Part shown: positions 30,788 to 46,693 of the stretch, one piece after another
Numbering within the stretch: the first letter of the stretch is position 1
Layout: the number at the start of each line of letters is the position of its first letter
NCBI RefSeq assembly: GCF_009914755.1
Contig: NC_060932.1
DNA from: the human T2T-CHM13v2.0 reference genome, Homo sapiens
Strand: one strand, 5' to 3'
Length of the DNA stretch: 64,000 nt
The notes under the pieces: generated by a model
The model's input: the letters and a program-made list of their open reading frames with translations, nothing else
The model's database searches: none
Told to the model about the DNA's origin: nothing
Position numbers and translations under genes: made by a program

Positions 30788-32627
30788 GATGGCAGATATT
30801 ACAGCATCTAAGTATGTTGATAGAAAAGACCCCATCAAGACAGTAAAAGGATGGCGTAGGAGAGAAAGGGGGTCTATTCAGAAGCAAAGTCTTTGAAGGG
30901 TAGGTAATGTAAGGATCCATTGTACCAGTGGAGTGGTTGGCCTTGGATAGGAGCTGGAAATTCATCTGTGACAAGTAAAGAGAACTAAGCATTCTGAAGC
31001 GGGTGTTTCTGCTGCTGAGTCACCATACAATGGCATATTAAATTCATTATTCTATACTCCTGTAAGTTACCGTTCAGTATGAATTTCTTGTTATGTCTAT
31101 CTCTCCTCAAATACCTTATCCTCAATTTACTAGTTCATGGCTTTATATCATATGCCTGCCTCCTTCTGAAAATGAGTTAAAAAGTAAGAATCATAAGAAT
31201 ATATTTTCATTGTTTTTTAAATTTATTTTTATTTTTTATTTAAGCCTCCAGTGGCGATAAATATATTTTGTTAATCTCCTACTTCCTTTTTCCAGCCAAG
31301 ATTTTTGTTCCCAGCTGTTCTCACCCATGGGTTTCTGGGCTGTTGACAACTAGAGATGGCAGTCTCCTTAGAATAAAGGCTCAGAGATTCTTGGGCTCCA
31401 TTCCTGAGGTCCTGTTTTGTTTTGCCTGTCATCCCATCACCCACCCCATCCACTAAGAAAGAGTTGACAAAGACAGACCAATTTAAAATAAAGGACCTGA
31501 AAATCTTAATTTCACGTGTAAAACTAAGGGTACATTCTACCAGATGTAAAGAGCTATCTGTGGAAATAAAATGAGTTAGATAATAGTTAGTGGGGATGTG
31601 GTACCCTGACTTAACAGCCTCAACACCCCCTACCCTCCACTGCCATAGGATTTGAGGACTGGAGAGAGAATGGACTCGTCTACTGCCTGTTTGAGATCTT
31701 GAACAGTAGCAGCCATACCTTTTCTCCCCATACCACTGAGCTCAGTATGGGGGGAGAGAGCTGAAAATGCAAATGTAACGTATTTGAGAATCAGAAGGTC
31801 AGGGACTGCCCTGTCCTCATCTCCCATCTGACTTTCTCACTGTTCTGGAGAACTGGCGGAGTCTCAAAGAATATGCAAGAGGAAGTGTTCCTAGGCCTGC
31901 CACCAGGTGGCCATGAATAGAAGTGGGAGAGAGTGTGATATATAGTTTATCTCAGGTATCATCAGAAAACTTCGTTAGAATTCTAGTAGATCCCAAAACC
32001 CAGGGAAGAGGGAAGAAGTGGAGTCAGTTAAACTAAGGATACTATTCGGGAGAAACATGCCTCATTTGTGCCCCGGGGAGAAATGGGACAAAAATTCAGT
32101 AGCTGATACTAGTACCTCCCTGGTACTGGACTACAGAGTCAATCCAGGAACTGGATAAAGGAGAAATCCCAAAAATTTGGGAGAGAATTTTGAGCCTGGG
32201 CCTGAACTGAGTATTTGAGCTGAACTGAGAACTGATCAAGAATTGGCTAATTTTCCACCATCAGCAGAAAAGGCTATGAAGTTAGTCAACTTCCAGTATA
32301 GAGAAAAAGGCTACATTTTTGCACAGCCAAGCATGCACTTAAAACGCTTGCAGGTTCCAACAGATTTAGAATAATTTCAACCTTTATGAAATTTAAAATT
32401 CTAAGTAAGTTTGTAAACATGAGACCTGATCTCCATTTCTATATTGTTGGATTTTGTAAAATATAAAAACTTTCTAGAAAATCACTGAATCTATATAAAT
32501 GATTTATATGAAATCTAGTAGAATATTGAATTCTTAAATGATCAAATATCCTGTTCAGTTATTTTTTAGTAAATTTCTGAATGTGGATAAATTTGTGTTT
32601 TGGTAAAGTTTACATTATGTTGTCTAA

Positions 32628-32838
32628 GTTAGGAGCTGGAAAACCTTGGTTTGTGGGCAAAATTGGTTCCGGTATCTGTTTTTGCAAATAACAAAGTTTT
32701 GCAAATAAAGTTTTATTGGAACACAGCCACTCCCATTTGTTTTACATTGTCTATGGCTCCTGTTGCAACAGAGGCCATATGTCTCACAAATCCTAAAATA
32801 ATTATCTGACCCTTTACAAAAAGCTTGCCAACTCATAG
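32628..32838. mobile_element. MER58A-like hAT-Charlie element
   Basis: 'aaataaagttttattggaacacagccactcccatttg...tctgaccctttacaaaaagcttgccaac'. Confidence 0.85.
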
Positions 32839-33639
32839 ACTAAGGCTTAGTCAATGCAAAACATATGTGTGGTCTTATCTTTTGAAATACTGAGTAGAGC
32901 CTATGTTATTTCTCTTAGAACAATATAAGGTCTTCACTAGGGCATGGTATTTTCCAAACATGATTCTTGAAACATTGCAAAAAAAAAAAAAAGGAATCTT
33001 TAAAGATCTTTCCCCACAAAATGGAGGTGATATTCAAGTAGAATATTAATCCTAGGACTCAAGATGACATTTGTAGGTGTATAAATGCAATGTTCTTAAG
33101 CTTGTCATAAAGATTTAAGTACCTGTAAGAGGTGCTGGAATAGAATATGACATTTTGTGAGAAAAGAGTTCCATGAAGAACCCTCCTGTGTCACTTTCAC
33201 TTTTCATTCCATACTCCACCGCTCTTACTTTGCAGCATGGCTCTCACACTGACCTTCAGAACTAGTTTTCACAGAGTATTAAAGTTACATGAGGTGAAAT
33301 TATGATGTACTGTTTGGTAAAACATCATCAATGCCTTCCTCTTAAATGACTCCACATTACCTTATGAAGATCAAGTCCATGTTGCAAATCCTAAACCTTA
33401 AGGCCTGATTTTATATTGATTTCCTTTTATTATCTAGTCTTATAATGTAATTATGAAAAGCATCTCCTATTCTAGTTGGATCAATTTCTTCTTGTCTCCT
33501 TTATATACAATTCTGATTTCCCTTTTCAAACTTTAGGGTATAACATACCTAAGTCAAACTACTCTTTTAAGAAATTGGGCTGAGCGTCAGAAGTTGGTCT
33601 CCAGGCGTAAGATCTGAAAGTCATCGTATCTGAGACTGA

Positions 33640-34290
33640 ACAAGATTGGAATAATTATCAATGTTTCTAAAATAGAAATCCATATTAATTTTAGAAAAAA
33701 GCATGTTTGAAATAATCGAAATGGGAAAAACCGAACTTATCCATAACGCCTCCCCACTTCCACAGTTACTGATTTTTACAGTTTTTGCATATAGATCCTT
33801 TCAGAAATGTCTCTATGGACACAAATTTAGAAAACCACAAAAATTGGATGATGCCATTTGTGTTATGTAATATTATAATAAATATCTTTCTATATTGGTA
33901 AATAACAACTAGCAAATTTGGTTGCATGTTATATACCTGCCACAAAATTTGTTTAGAGTATTACTTCATTTGACCTTTAGTTGTTTCCAGGTTTTCATTA
34001 TTATTCATGTTGCTGTGAAAAAACATATGTGCCTAAGTACTTGATCAAATACTTCTTTAGGCTAAATTTTGAGGGGCAGAATTACAAGATCAAAAGTTCC
34101 GAATAATGTTGAGACTTTCAGTACACCTATTGCCAAATTACCCTCTAAAATGGTTGTACTGTTTCATGTTCTCTCTTGAAGCTTATGAGAATGCCTTTTT
34201 CCCCCACACTATCATCATTACCAGAAGTTTGTCTAATCCAATGGCTTTCCAAATTATCTTGAATATAACCCAACAGTAAGAAAAGACAAG
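33640..34290 (-). mobile_element. Degenerate L1ME-like fragment
   Basis: 'tttagttgtttccaggttttcattatt...gctgtgaaaaaacat', 'ctattgccaaattaccctctaaaatggttgtac'. Confidence 0.5.
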
Positions 34291-36019
34291 TTTTATATTG
34301 TAATTTACAACACACACACATTGTTATACACATAATAAATGTATGCACATATATTTAATACAAAGATCTCACAAAACAATACTTTTACTCTGTGAAATAC
34401 ATTTAATATTTTATCCCATTTTATTAAAAATGCTGGTTGAGACCTCAGTTGAATTCGTGAATTTAAGATGGAAAAAAATGGTAAAATTTTTGAGTAACAG
34501 ACATATAATCGAAAAAGCATCTCAGCCAGAGCAAAAGTCTGTAACATGATGAAATTTACACAGATATCATAAGGCTCCCTAATTGGGATGAAGACCTCCA
34601 CCACCACCTGTGATTGTGCTTTCCATCCATATGATGCTTGTCCCACCCTTGCTAAGAACCTTTTGAACTTTCCGAAATATTGCTCAATGCTTATAGCAGT
34701 TGATTCTCCATCAAATGTGCTTTATTCTCTTCAGTATACTCCCTGGCTTTTTCTTCTTTCCATCTATATTGATGATGATCCTGGCAGCAATCTAACATCA
34801 TTCTTCAATTTCCTCACTTTTAAGCAGTCATCTTCAAATTTACTTCAGTGACTCTTCTTTGTACTTATCACTATCAGGAAGCATTTTTGTCACTAATATC
34901 AGACTGACATTCTGCCTCTGACCATAGTCACTTATTTCTTCACCTTCCCCCTGCCCTATGTGCACTAATAACCTTCATAAAATCTTCTCAGCTTGACTCC
35001 CTCTCTCCTTAGAATACTTGAAGACACTTCTCAAATCCTAAATCAAATGGACTTGTGTCTAGTCTATCATATGTGCTTGCGTATTTCAGAATTACCCACG
35101 TTATCCCTTCCCCACCACTACCATTTCCATGGAGACCTTCTGGGAAATTGACTACACTAAATCACTTTGCCAGAGTCACCAAAACATGATCTTTCTGGTC
35201 CTCAGAAAGCAGTATACATCACCTCCAGAATTCAGGAAGACTTCCCATTCAGTTAAGCCAGTGCTTTTCAAACTGTGGTCTGGAGGCCTGTGAGTTGAAT
35301 AGAGACATTTATGGATTCTCTTAGGGAAAGGAGAGAGAAAAAAAGATTGAGGGGGTGTGTGTGGTGCTGGTAGTGATGGTGGGAGACCAGAACTCTGCAG
35401 CCCCTTCAGTGAAGCCACCATATTTTTAATATTTTTTATACACTATGCTTCCACATAAAGTCTTCTTTTTAACCCTCTATAAGTAACTTTCATAGAATTT
35501 CCAATTCTAAAAGGCAATGTGAAAATATATTACCAAAAATTATTAAATACTTTCAAAAATTCAGCAAGCAGTGTATAAAAGACAGCAGGTCCCATTAGGG
35601 CATTTATATTGCTCTATTAGCTCTCACATGGGTGAGTGAGTGAGTGATGGGAACAATTTCTAAATGATCCAAGGGGATGTACGCTGGTGGTCTTGCTGGC
35701 ATCATAATAGTTTTCAATTTTATATGAGCAAAGTGGCGAGCAATCCAGATGTTCCCTTTTGTGATTTCTGTCATTTCCTTTGACATAAAGTGAATAGAGT
35801 GGAATTGGCTTTAAACTTGTACTTGGTCCTTTATTACATGCGATTTGTCTGCAGAGTTGATACATATCCACTGTACCCTCTCCAAACCGTCCATTCCAAT
35901 TTTGTATCAGCTCCTCGCACCTGAATTGTGGCACCCAGCTATGACAGCCTACAGAGCCCACACCAAGCCCCTACACATACAATTCTACCCCTAATGGCTT
36001 CTCAGAAGCTGGTTATGTG

Positions 36020-36265
36020 GGAGGTATGACAGTAGGTCTGAACACAGGATGCCTGGGTTCAAATCCCAACACTGCAAGTTCCTAGAAGTGGGTCATGGGA
36101 CAAGTTGGAAGATTTCTCTGTGCTTTGGTTTATTCATCTATAAAAGGGTGCTGATAATTATAGTACTTGACACATAGACGTATGATGAGGATTATGTATA
36201 CATAAAGCACATATAAAAGTGCCTGGTACACAGTGACTTCTCAAGAAAAGTTAATTTTATTATTC
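36020..36265 (+). mobile_element. MIR
   Basis: 'gcctgggttcaaatccca...ctctgtgctttggtttattcatctataaaa...gtgcctggtacacagtga'. Confidence 0.8.
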
Positions 36266-36346
36266 CTAAATAATTTTAATTCCAATCTAATATTGAGGTT
36301 TTCCTATAAGAGAAGGCTGCCAGCATGTATTGCCGTGTCAAAGTAG

Positions 36347-36728
<382 letters not shown>

Positions 36729-37471
36729 TGATTCATTTTTTAATGCATGTGAATCTATGATGAGAATAAAATGAGTCAATTTGGTGTGCTGTCTAGCTTT
36801 ATACATCATCATATCCCTTCCACAGAGATATTTTGAGTTTGACATATTCTAAGTACTTCAAACATTTTAACAAGAAAAATCCTCTTTTGATGAAATAAAT
36901 GGCTTTTTATACACACTGATTTCCTCTGTCTTGTCACTACTTTCCCACATCCTCTACTGTCATTGCAAATAGCTTTTTAATGGTGTCAACCAAAAAGTCC
37001 TTTCACATTTAGAAATATAAAAAGCACAGCAACATGTTGAGCTGGAGGGAAAAATTGAGATCATCTAGTCCAAGCAGCCCCATGTGCTAGAACTTTTACT
37101 TCCTCCTAGAAATGAGAGGTGTCAGTGCAAGGTAATTCTCCTCTTAATAACCCAGGGAACTGGTGAAATCATTGCGATAGAAATCTACATAAAATGTTGG
37201 TTCTGATTCTTGCTTGGTAGATGGTCAGCGATGTCTGTTGAGTAGATTGGGTACTAATAAGATCACTTCCACATCGTCAGTGATCCATGGACTGGGGCAT
37301 GCCCTCTGTGATTACACTACTCTGTCTTTTCTGCAGCCAGAGGTGATACACTAGCTGCCATATTCGTTTAGGGTTTTCAACAACCGTATTTCTATGACTG
37401 GATATTTCTGTTCCTATTTATTTAGGATAAATGCTAAATTTTATCATATATAATAAGATTTATCTTGGTAG

Positions 37472-38089
<618 letters not shown>

Positions 38090-38382
38090 GGAAGAGGTTT
38101 TAAAGACCCGTGTTGTATTCAGCAAGATCAGAAAACCTTCTACGCTGACTACTACTTCAGGCTCAGACTCATCACTAAAAGTAATTGTTCTTTGTTTTTC
38201 TTTTGTTTGCTTGCATTATCAGGTGACGCTATCCCACTGCACCCACCCGAAACCCAAGTAGCTGTGGCTGTGGTTAACATTCTCTACTTACTAACTAGCA
38301 GGGATGTAACTGCTTTCAATAGTTTTCTCTGTGTTATACATACTGGTTATATACAGAGGAACTGAAGATATGAGAGAGGACA

Positions 38383-38692
38383 TGTCTTAGTTTGTTCAGA
38401 CCTCTATAACAAAATACCATAAACTGACTGGCTTATAAATGGAAATGTATTGCTCATAGTTCTGGAGGCTGGAAAGTCCTAAGATCAAAGTGTCAGCAGA
38501 TTAGTATTTGGTGAGAACCCACTCCCTGGTTTATAGATAGCCATCCTGTCACTGTGTCCTCACATGGCGTTAAGTGGCGAGTCTCTGGAGTCTCTTTTAT
38601 AAAGGCACTAATGCCAGTTATAAGGGCCCCACCTCCTAAGACCATCAAATTGAATGTTAGGTTTCAACACGTATACATAAACAGTCTACAGC
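38383..38692 (-). mobile_element. MLT1A/MST-like MaLR LTR
   Basis: 'tgtcttagtttgttcagacctctataacaaaataccataaactg...gctcatagttctggaggctggaaagtcc', 'ggagtctcttttataaaggcactaat'. Confidence 0.8.
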
Positions 38693-40179
38693 AGGGGACT
38701 AAAAGATTGGAGAGAGAGAGAAAGGAGAGACAGTGGTATACAGCTTTTGTTTTAGTTGAGATTATTTTGGTTAAAAGGAGCAGAAACCGATTTAAATTTC
38801 AGCAAAAAATTTCACTATAAGATTATTGGGTATATCATGGAATCAAAGAATAGTAATGCCCTGGGCCTCTGGAATTCATTTTAGGGATTCAGGGACCTGA
38901 ACCCCTATCAAGGCGCTTTCTTTCTACTCCTTACGATGTTTGGGTTTACGTTTTCCTCTTAGTATACACCAGCGTTTTTTGATCCTCTGTCTACATGGTG
39001 GGACACGGCCACAACTCCCAGGGTTTGTGTACGACAACACGGGCTTAGACTATCTCAGTTCTCTTGACTTAGGTTCAGCTTTTCAAAAGGGAGGAAACTC
39101 ATCGGCCGGTGGACAGGTCACATTGTAACCCGACAGCTCTTACAACAATCACACACATTGTGGAGAGACATTGGGCAAACCATCACAAAATGATCCCTTA
39201 GCATATTGTAGTCAAAATTCTTTTCCTCAAACCAGTTTTGATTTAGCCTCTACAAATTTCTGATTTTTATCACCCCCTCAGTTCCAAAATTTAACCAGTT
39301 GAAAGAACAAATATTTAAGTATATCATAGCTCTACTTCATTCAGATTTCAAACAGTATTTTCACATTGCAGAATCTGATGAGTGACTCTGTTTATCCATG
39401 CTATTGTTTTATTCATTTTCCTGTTCCCTTTGCAGCCTTGCCTTTATAAATCTACACATTCCAAACTGTCAGCACCCTTTCTCCTCTGATCTTTTTGGTT
39501 GCCCTTCTCTGAGCATTTTCCACTTTATGAACTTTGAGTTTTTGACATGAGAAATGATTTCTCATAAAATAGTTGTGTTATTTATTATAAAATTCAAGGT
39601 GGCCAGTCGGTTCAATTTTTAAATGTATACATTTTACCTGTATCATATCCTGTGTTCCCTGGTACAGAAGTATACTTCATTACAGACTGTGATGTGTTCA
39701 AGAAATTTGTATGGTTCAATTTTTGAAAAGAGACAAGAGGAGGCAAAATTATTCTTGATTCATAAAGGAGGGTGAAAATGTGACTTTCTCAGAATTTGCT
39801 AGCCTCCCTTCTCAGAGTTCCTGCATCCTTTCAGATTAGAGTTCATTATCTGGGCCATCTGTTGGTAATTAATGGTGATAGCTGGATTCTGAGTAGGGCT
39901 GGCTTAGCATATACCAGACTTGTTTATTTCAATATTTCAAGATTGAGTTTTTGGATAAGGCAGGATGCCTTTCCTTTTTTATTTTCATATTGAAAGAGCA
40001 AATTTTATTTTAGTGAGATGACTTTTCAAAGTGTAAAGAAAATACGATATCAAAATTGATACAGATAATTCTAAATCAGAATCTCCATCTATATACAATG
40101 AAACCATCGAAGAGAAAGGCAAGCTAAAAATACTTTCTTTAAATAAGAACATCTTTCTCTCAATATAAAGATTTCAACT

Positions 40180-40536
<357 letters not shown>

Positions 40537-41075
40537 TTAAGATAAGAGATGGATTATTTGAGTATTAAAGAACTAGAGAAAAATGTTTGGATTGAGGATG
40601 CCTTTTCCTTTTTCCATTTCCCTCCCTGATATTTCTCTTCTATTTTCTCATTTTCCACAATATGTTTTATTCCTGTGCTTTTTTCTTCTCTCTTTAACCT
40701 CTCTTTCCTCACGATCTACAAAGCATATTATTAGAATGGGGTACACATGCCCCATTCATGCAAGCCACATGATAGGATGTAAAACAAGGTATCCATGAAA
40801 TTACCCACGAGAATGGTGTCATATTAGTCATATTTGTTTTGCAGTTATTAATAATTGCACATTTTAAATAAGAAACGAGTTTACAGGTAAAGCAATGTGG
40901 AGAGGGTTTCCACCACCATACCAGATTGTGTACTTCATCAATACAACTCTTCTTTGTTTCTGCCATTATTCCTTTTGTTTCTCCACTTGACCTCTCCCTT
41001 CTTTGCTTTTTATACCATTTCTCTCTCACTCACATTAATTTATTTGATATACTTTTATTTCTTCCAAAGAAAACT

Positions 41076-41188
41076 GGCCAGTTGTGCTCATAATCTCAGC
41101 ACTTAGGGAGCCCGAGGCAGGAGGATTGCTTGAGATCAGCCCAGGCAACACAGTGAGACCCATCTCTAAAAAGAATTAAAATTAAAAA
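41076..41188 (+). mobile_element. FLAM (free left Alu monomer), internally deleted
   Basis: 'gaggcaggaggattgcttgag...caacacagtgagacccatctct'. aaagaaaac on both flanks. Confidence 0.75.
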
Positions 41189-41367
41189 AGAAAACAAGAA
41201 TGGTACATTTTCAAAATGTATAGTAAAGACATATTTTGTAATATAACAATATAATTTTTCTACTAGGCTGTCAACAACTTAGGTAGGGTGTGTGTCTTCA
41301 GCATCCAGATCATTATCTGATATGTGGGAGGTGCTCAACAATGTTGAATAGACTGGGCACTAATATT

Positions 41368-41660
41368 GTTTTAACTTTTTATTTTGAGATAATATTAGAT
41401 TTATAGAAAAGCTACAAATATAGGAAGTGTCTATATAACCTTCACTTAGCTCCCCTTTTCCTAGTATTAACATGTCACATACCATAGTTCCTCAAAACTA
41501 AGAAATTAACATTGATACCACACTATTAACTGCAGACTTCATTCAGATTTCATCTATTTTTCCGCTAATATCCTTTTTTCTCTTCCCAGATAAATTTAAT
41601 CCATAAAACCATTTTGCATTTGGTCATGTTATTTTAGCCTTCCCTAATCTTGGATACTAA
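41368..41660 (-). mobile_element. L1MC-like 3' end fragment
   Basis: 'aactttttattttgagataatattagatttatagaaaagctaca...aaaactaagaaattaacattgataccacactattaac'. Confidence 0.7.
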
Positions 41661-43149
41661 TCTTAAATTTTATCTTTTATAATTTTAATTTAATTAATGA
41701 TGTTAAACAGCATGGAATGCTAAGAAAATGAACACGTGAAAAGCTGTATTATATATAATTTTTCAGTGACTTCAGTTTTGCTTAAATCTAGGTTGCCTCA
41801 TATCGGTGTGGTAGAAAGAAAACTTATTTAAATTTTAAGATTCTGGAAAGAACGTTTTTCCTGGTATCTCTTGACCTTTCAAATTTCCCGTATTTTAAAA
41901 TATAACTCTATTTATTGACTTTTGTAACATAGTGAAGATTGATTTCTTAGTATTGATCATTCAAACTGTAATCAATAAGCAAGATTAACATTGGTATCTG
42001 GAAAAATATTTTATAATTTTATTATTGTAAACAAATTCCAAAGGAAATATTTTTGGGAACAAAAGAGGGTTGGGATTTTGAAGTCAATCTCCAGATTTTT
42101 GTGGTAATCCTGGTAGGTTTTAAAAGATGTTCCAGGTATTCCCAGTCACTCTCATATGCTGACTATTGTCTTATGTGTTTGTTACTTTACATCCATGCTT
42201 TTTAGTTGCAGCATCCTGTGCACAGTATAATGACATTATACAAAAGTCCCTGCCTTTTCTCCCACAAACCAAAAACACCCGGTGCTTTTTTTTAACCATG
42301 TGGTGCATTAAGGCACTTTGAAAAACTGAATAGTATTGCCCAACAAAATCTCGCATAATCTTTGGCACATAATATGCATTCCAAAAAGATTTGCTGATAG
42401 ATTCAGTAATCAGTAACAGGAGACCTAACTCAGAGAAAAAAAGCTGTAAAAAGGCTTTGCTAGAACCCTGAAGCTCAGTCTAAATCCCCGCCTGCCATCT
42501 TGAGGACATAGTCAGAATTGCATCAGATTCGATCTAAACCATGACTGCTCAAGGTAATAGCAAAGCCGTGTGTATTGAACCAAGGAGGAAATATTGTGGT
42601 TTTAAAAATGGACATGAATTATTTAGATGGTTAAGATCAAAGTGAGTTTTTACCTAAATATGTAAATTATTGAAGCAATTTCAAACAAAATTACCAGAAA
42701 ACTATACTTGATCTGGTTAGATTGGAGGAACATACAGAATCTATGATGTTTTCTTAACTTCTTTAATATCTATGGGTCAAAATATATTTTATTTAGGTAG
42801 TTTGTTTAGTTTTTAAAAAATCTATAAATCATTAAAATCTATAATGGTTAGGTTTGAAACAAAAAAGGCTGTTGATAATAAACAGTGAGAGAAGATCAGG
42901 TAGAGAAGCACATATGTATAAAGTACATAAGTGCTTCACCTTTGGCATTTTTACTTTGTATAAACATCACAGGAGCAGAATGGGGTGGGCCAGGTTTGTG
43001 GCCAAATAAATGTGAGCATAACCATTTCCCACCTCTTCCTACTCCTTCTGTATCAACACAAACCTGTACCACTCTTAATTTTATTCCCTTCCAGAATCTT
43101 TTTTATATGTAGAGGGGCAGAGAATCCCTTTCTCTACATTCACTGTTGA

Positions 43150-43344
<195 letters not shown>

Positions 43345-43979
43345 TAGATGCTGTCTGTGTGAATGCGGAGTGAGGCAGCGCCTCTGCCCTGTCCTTTAAT
43401 GTCCTTCATGGGACGGTTGACTCCTTAGCATTTTTATTCTTTTGCAACCTGTGTTCTCTTTACTGAGTCCTTTGAAACATCATAGGTCTGTTTCTCTGGA
43501 ACAATCAGTTCACTTCAAGTCTGTTCTGTTGCTTGGCCCACAGCCCTGTGCCTCTCCTTCTTCTATCTCATTTGCCTTTTCGGTACAGCTCTCTATCCTT
43601 CCAGAGGTCTCAAATTCCAAACACACAGCTGTCTTTTCATTTCATTGTTGCTCACTGCCAGCCAGATAGTAAGGATACTTACATCATTACTCACCCATTT
43701 TCCATGGGAGGATTTTAATGGGTGCGAATATACACCCTGGGATTTACAGAATTGTTAGAACATGACGTCACGGGTAGCACACAACCAAAGACGAAACAGC
43801 GCTGTGGAGGCAGTTTCCTCAGTGTGGAGTGGATCATCTGCGCACCAGGTGGTATTTATTGCTCTAGTTGTTTCAGTTCCTATTTGACAGGGCATAGATC
43901 TGTACAAATGCTAAGGCTGCCAATCTCACAATCTCTTTCAAAGCTAAAGTTTCCTTAAAACAGCCACCATGCTGTATAA

Positions 43980-44250
43980 CATCACTACGTGCCAGGCATT
44001 CTTGCAGATTTATTTATTTTATGCTCATAGATAAATTTATTTTATGCTCTCAGCCCTACGAGGAAAAAACTGTCATTATCCCTATTGTAGAGATGAGACC
44101 ATTAAAGCTTATGAAATACTTCCTTCACCACAGCCCCAGAGGGCCTTCTCCAAAGCAGGCATCTAGGTAACAATACTCCTAAGAGGGGTGGAGCCAGGAT
44201 TTGAGCCTGGGCAGTCGGGCCCCGGAATCCGTGGGCAGAACCATTATCCT
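43980..44250 (-). mobile_element. MIR
   Basis: 'actacgtgccaggcattc', 'attatccctattgtagagatgag', 'ggagccaggatttgagcctgggcagtc'. Confidence 0.7.
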
Positions 44251-44792
44251 CTGGTGTATCAAGATGCCTTCTGCTGGTGAACTCCTCTTGGGGTTGGGGT
44301 GGGAGGAACATTTTATAGTCTTCATTGGCTTTGGAATGCTCTAACATGCTCCAGACGTCAACTTGAATGCCAAGTTCAGAATCTCAAGCAGAATGTTCTC
44401 ATGCTGTCGTTTTTTTTTTTTTTTTTTTTTTTGAAACAGTTGACCTGAATAGAGTGTTCCTCATTTAAAGATAAGAAATCAGATAAAATAAATATTGTAC
44501 TTAAGAAAGATTGTACAGTGTAAAGAATGAGAACTTTTTTTTCAAATTGTAGAGGAAAATTCTGAAAAATACTAAAGCAAAGTTTATAAGCTTTTCTGTG
44601 TAAAACACAGAAAACTTCTATAAGAAGATGCTTAGCATATACATGTAAGACAAGAAAATATAAAAAAGGAGTGGCTTTTGTGGAGGTAAAAACAATAAAA
44701 ATCATATACAAAACCGTAAATGATGTAGCATGACTTATAGTTTCAATAGAAGCAATGAAGGACATAATAAATATTAAAAATAACCTCAGAAT

Positions 44793-44906
44793 CAAATCAC
44801 TTGAACCTGGAAGGCAGAGGTTGTAGTAAACCAAGATCGTGCCACTGCATTCCTGCCTAGGAAACAGAGTGAGACTCCATCTCAAAATAAATAAATAAAA
44901 TAAAAC
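44793..44906 (+). mobile_element. 5'-truncated Alu (right-arm end and tail)
   Basis: 'aatcacttgaacctggaaggcagaggttgtagt...gagtgagactccatctcaaaataaataaa'. Confidence 0.85.
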
Positions 44907-45109
44907 ACATGAGAACATAAAGCTTTACTGACCTAAGAAACACCATTTATAGATAAAATAGGCTCATCAAATAACAAGTAAAATGGATTAAAACAACCCT
45001 TAGTCATACCCTGATGAATTGCTAAATTTCAGAGACAGCACTCTCTTTAAGTACCCAGGCAGAAAAAAAAAAAAACAACACAGAAGCATACCAGAGTAGT
45101 TACAAATGA

Positions 45110-45445
<336 letters not shown>

Positions 45446-45465
45446 CACACTTTACATTAGAGTTA

Positions 45466-45607
45466 GGCCAGATGTGGTGGCTCATGCCTGTAATCCCAAC
45501 ACTTTTGGAGGCTGAGATGGGAAGATTGCTCGAGGCCAGGAGTTCAGGACCAGCCTGGCCTACATAGTGAGATTCTGTCTCTATTTAAAAGAAAAAGAAA
45601 AAGAAAA
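45466..45607 (+). mobile_element. FLAM monomer
   Basis: 'ggccagatgtggtggctcatgcctgtaatcccaacac...catagtgagattctgtctct' plus an A tail. Imperfect TSD acattag..ttag. Confidence 0.85.
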
Positions 45608-46345
45608 CATTAGCATTAGACTCTAAAGGCACAACCCATTATCCATTCTTGGGAAAAATTTGTGACCCAGTTTTTTGCTCTTTATCCAACGTATATGTGA
45701 AATGTGAAAATGTAAGTATATGAAATATAAAATAAAAAAGAAAGTCTCATAAAGTAAAAAATTCAAATATACCACCTATCTACTTTTAAAAAATTAATTT
45801 AAATATACTTTGGAATAAGACATAATAAAATAAAAAAGGACAAATAAGATAATAAAAAGATGGATATTAAATACTGAAAATAGTAACATATAGATGCAAG
45901 CCTAAGTTCTTACTGTAAACAAATACAAAAGTAGTTAAAACATAAAAACATGTCCAAAGAAAAATATATAAAATATATGCCTAAAAAAGCCATATTTTAT
46001 AAATAAAAGAAAAACATGCTATATAAAATTTTATTTATAAAAATTCCAAGTAGGTAGAAGAGAATTAAGGGAAACAAAAACATGCTAATTTCTTATTTAT
46101 GTGGGAGGGATGTTACATTCTTGATATTGACGATTGGAGAAGATGATTTCAAATACATTTGGAAGACACTTTAGATAACTTTTAATAAAAGCAGAGAAAA
46201 TGTAGCAGATACACAAAGAAAAAGAAACAAGGTGATAGAAAAGTATAAACAAGAACTGTATTAAAAGACATACACATAAATAGCAACAAACTTGTCTGTA
46301 ACTTAAATATAAACAGATTCTATTTTTAAATAAAAAAGAGAAGGA

Positions 46346-46693
46346 GGCCGGGTGCAGTGGCTCATGCCTGTAATCCCAGATACTCAGGGAGGCTGAGGCA
46401 GGATCATTTTGAGGTTGGGCAGATCATTTGAGGTCAGAAGTTCGAGACCAGCCTGGCCAATATGGCCAGTAGAAACCTGTCTCTACTAAAAATACAAAAA
46501 TTATCTGGGCGTGGTGGCACGTGCCTGTAATCCCAGCTACTTGGGAGGCTAAGGCAGGAGAATAATTGAAACCTCCTGCTTGAAACCAGGAAGTGGAGGT
46601 TGCAGTGAGTAGAGATCATTGTGCCACTGCACTCCAGCCTGAGCGACAGAGCAAGACTCTGTGTCAAAACAAACAAACAAACAAGCAAAAAAA
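46346..46693 (+). mobile_element. AluS/J-like SINE with several small insertions
   Basis: Full Alu, longer than consensus because of short internal duplications. (AAAC)n tail. Confidence 0.9.

Noticed and set aside
44376-44918. Longest ORF (180 aa, hydrophobic)
   Set aside because: It starts in an Alu fragment and reads the T-rich strand of decayed L1-like DNA and a homopolymer, so it is a compositional artefact.
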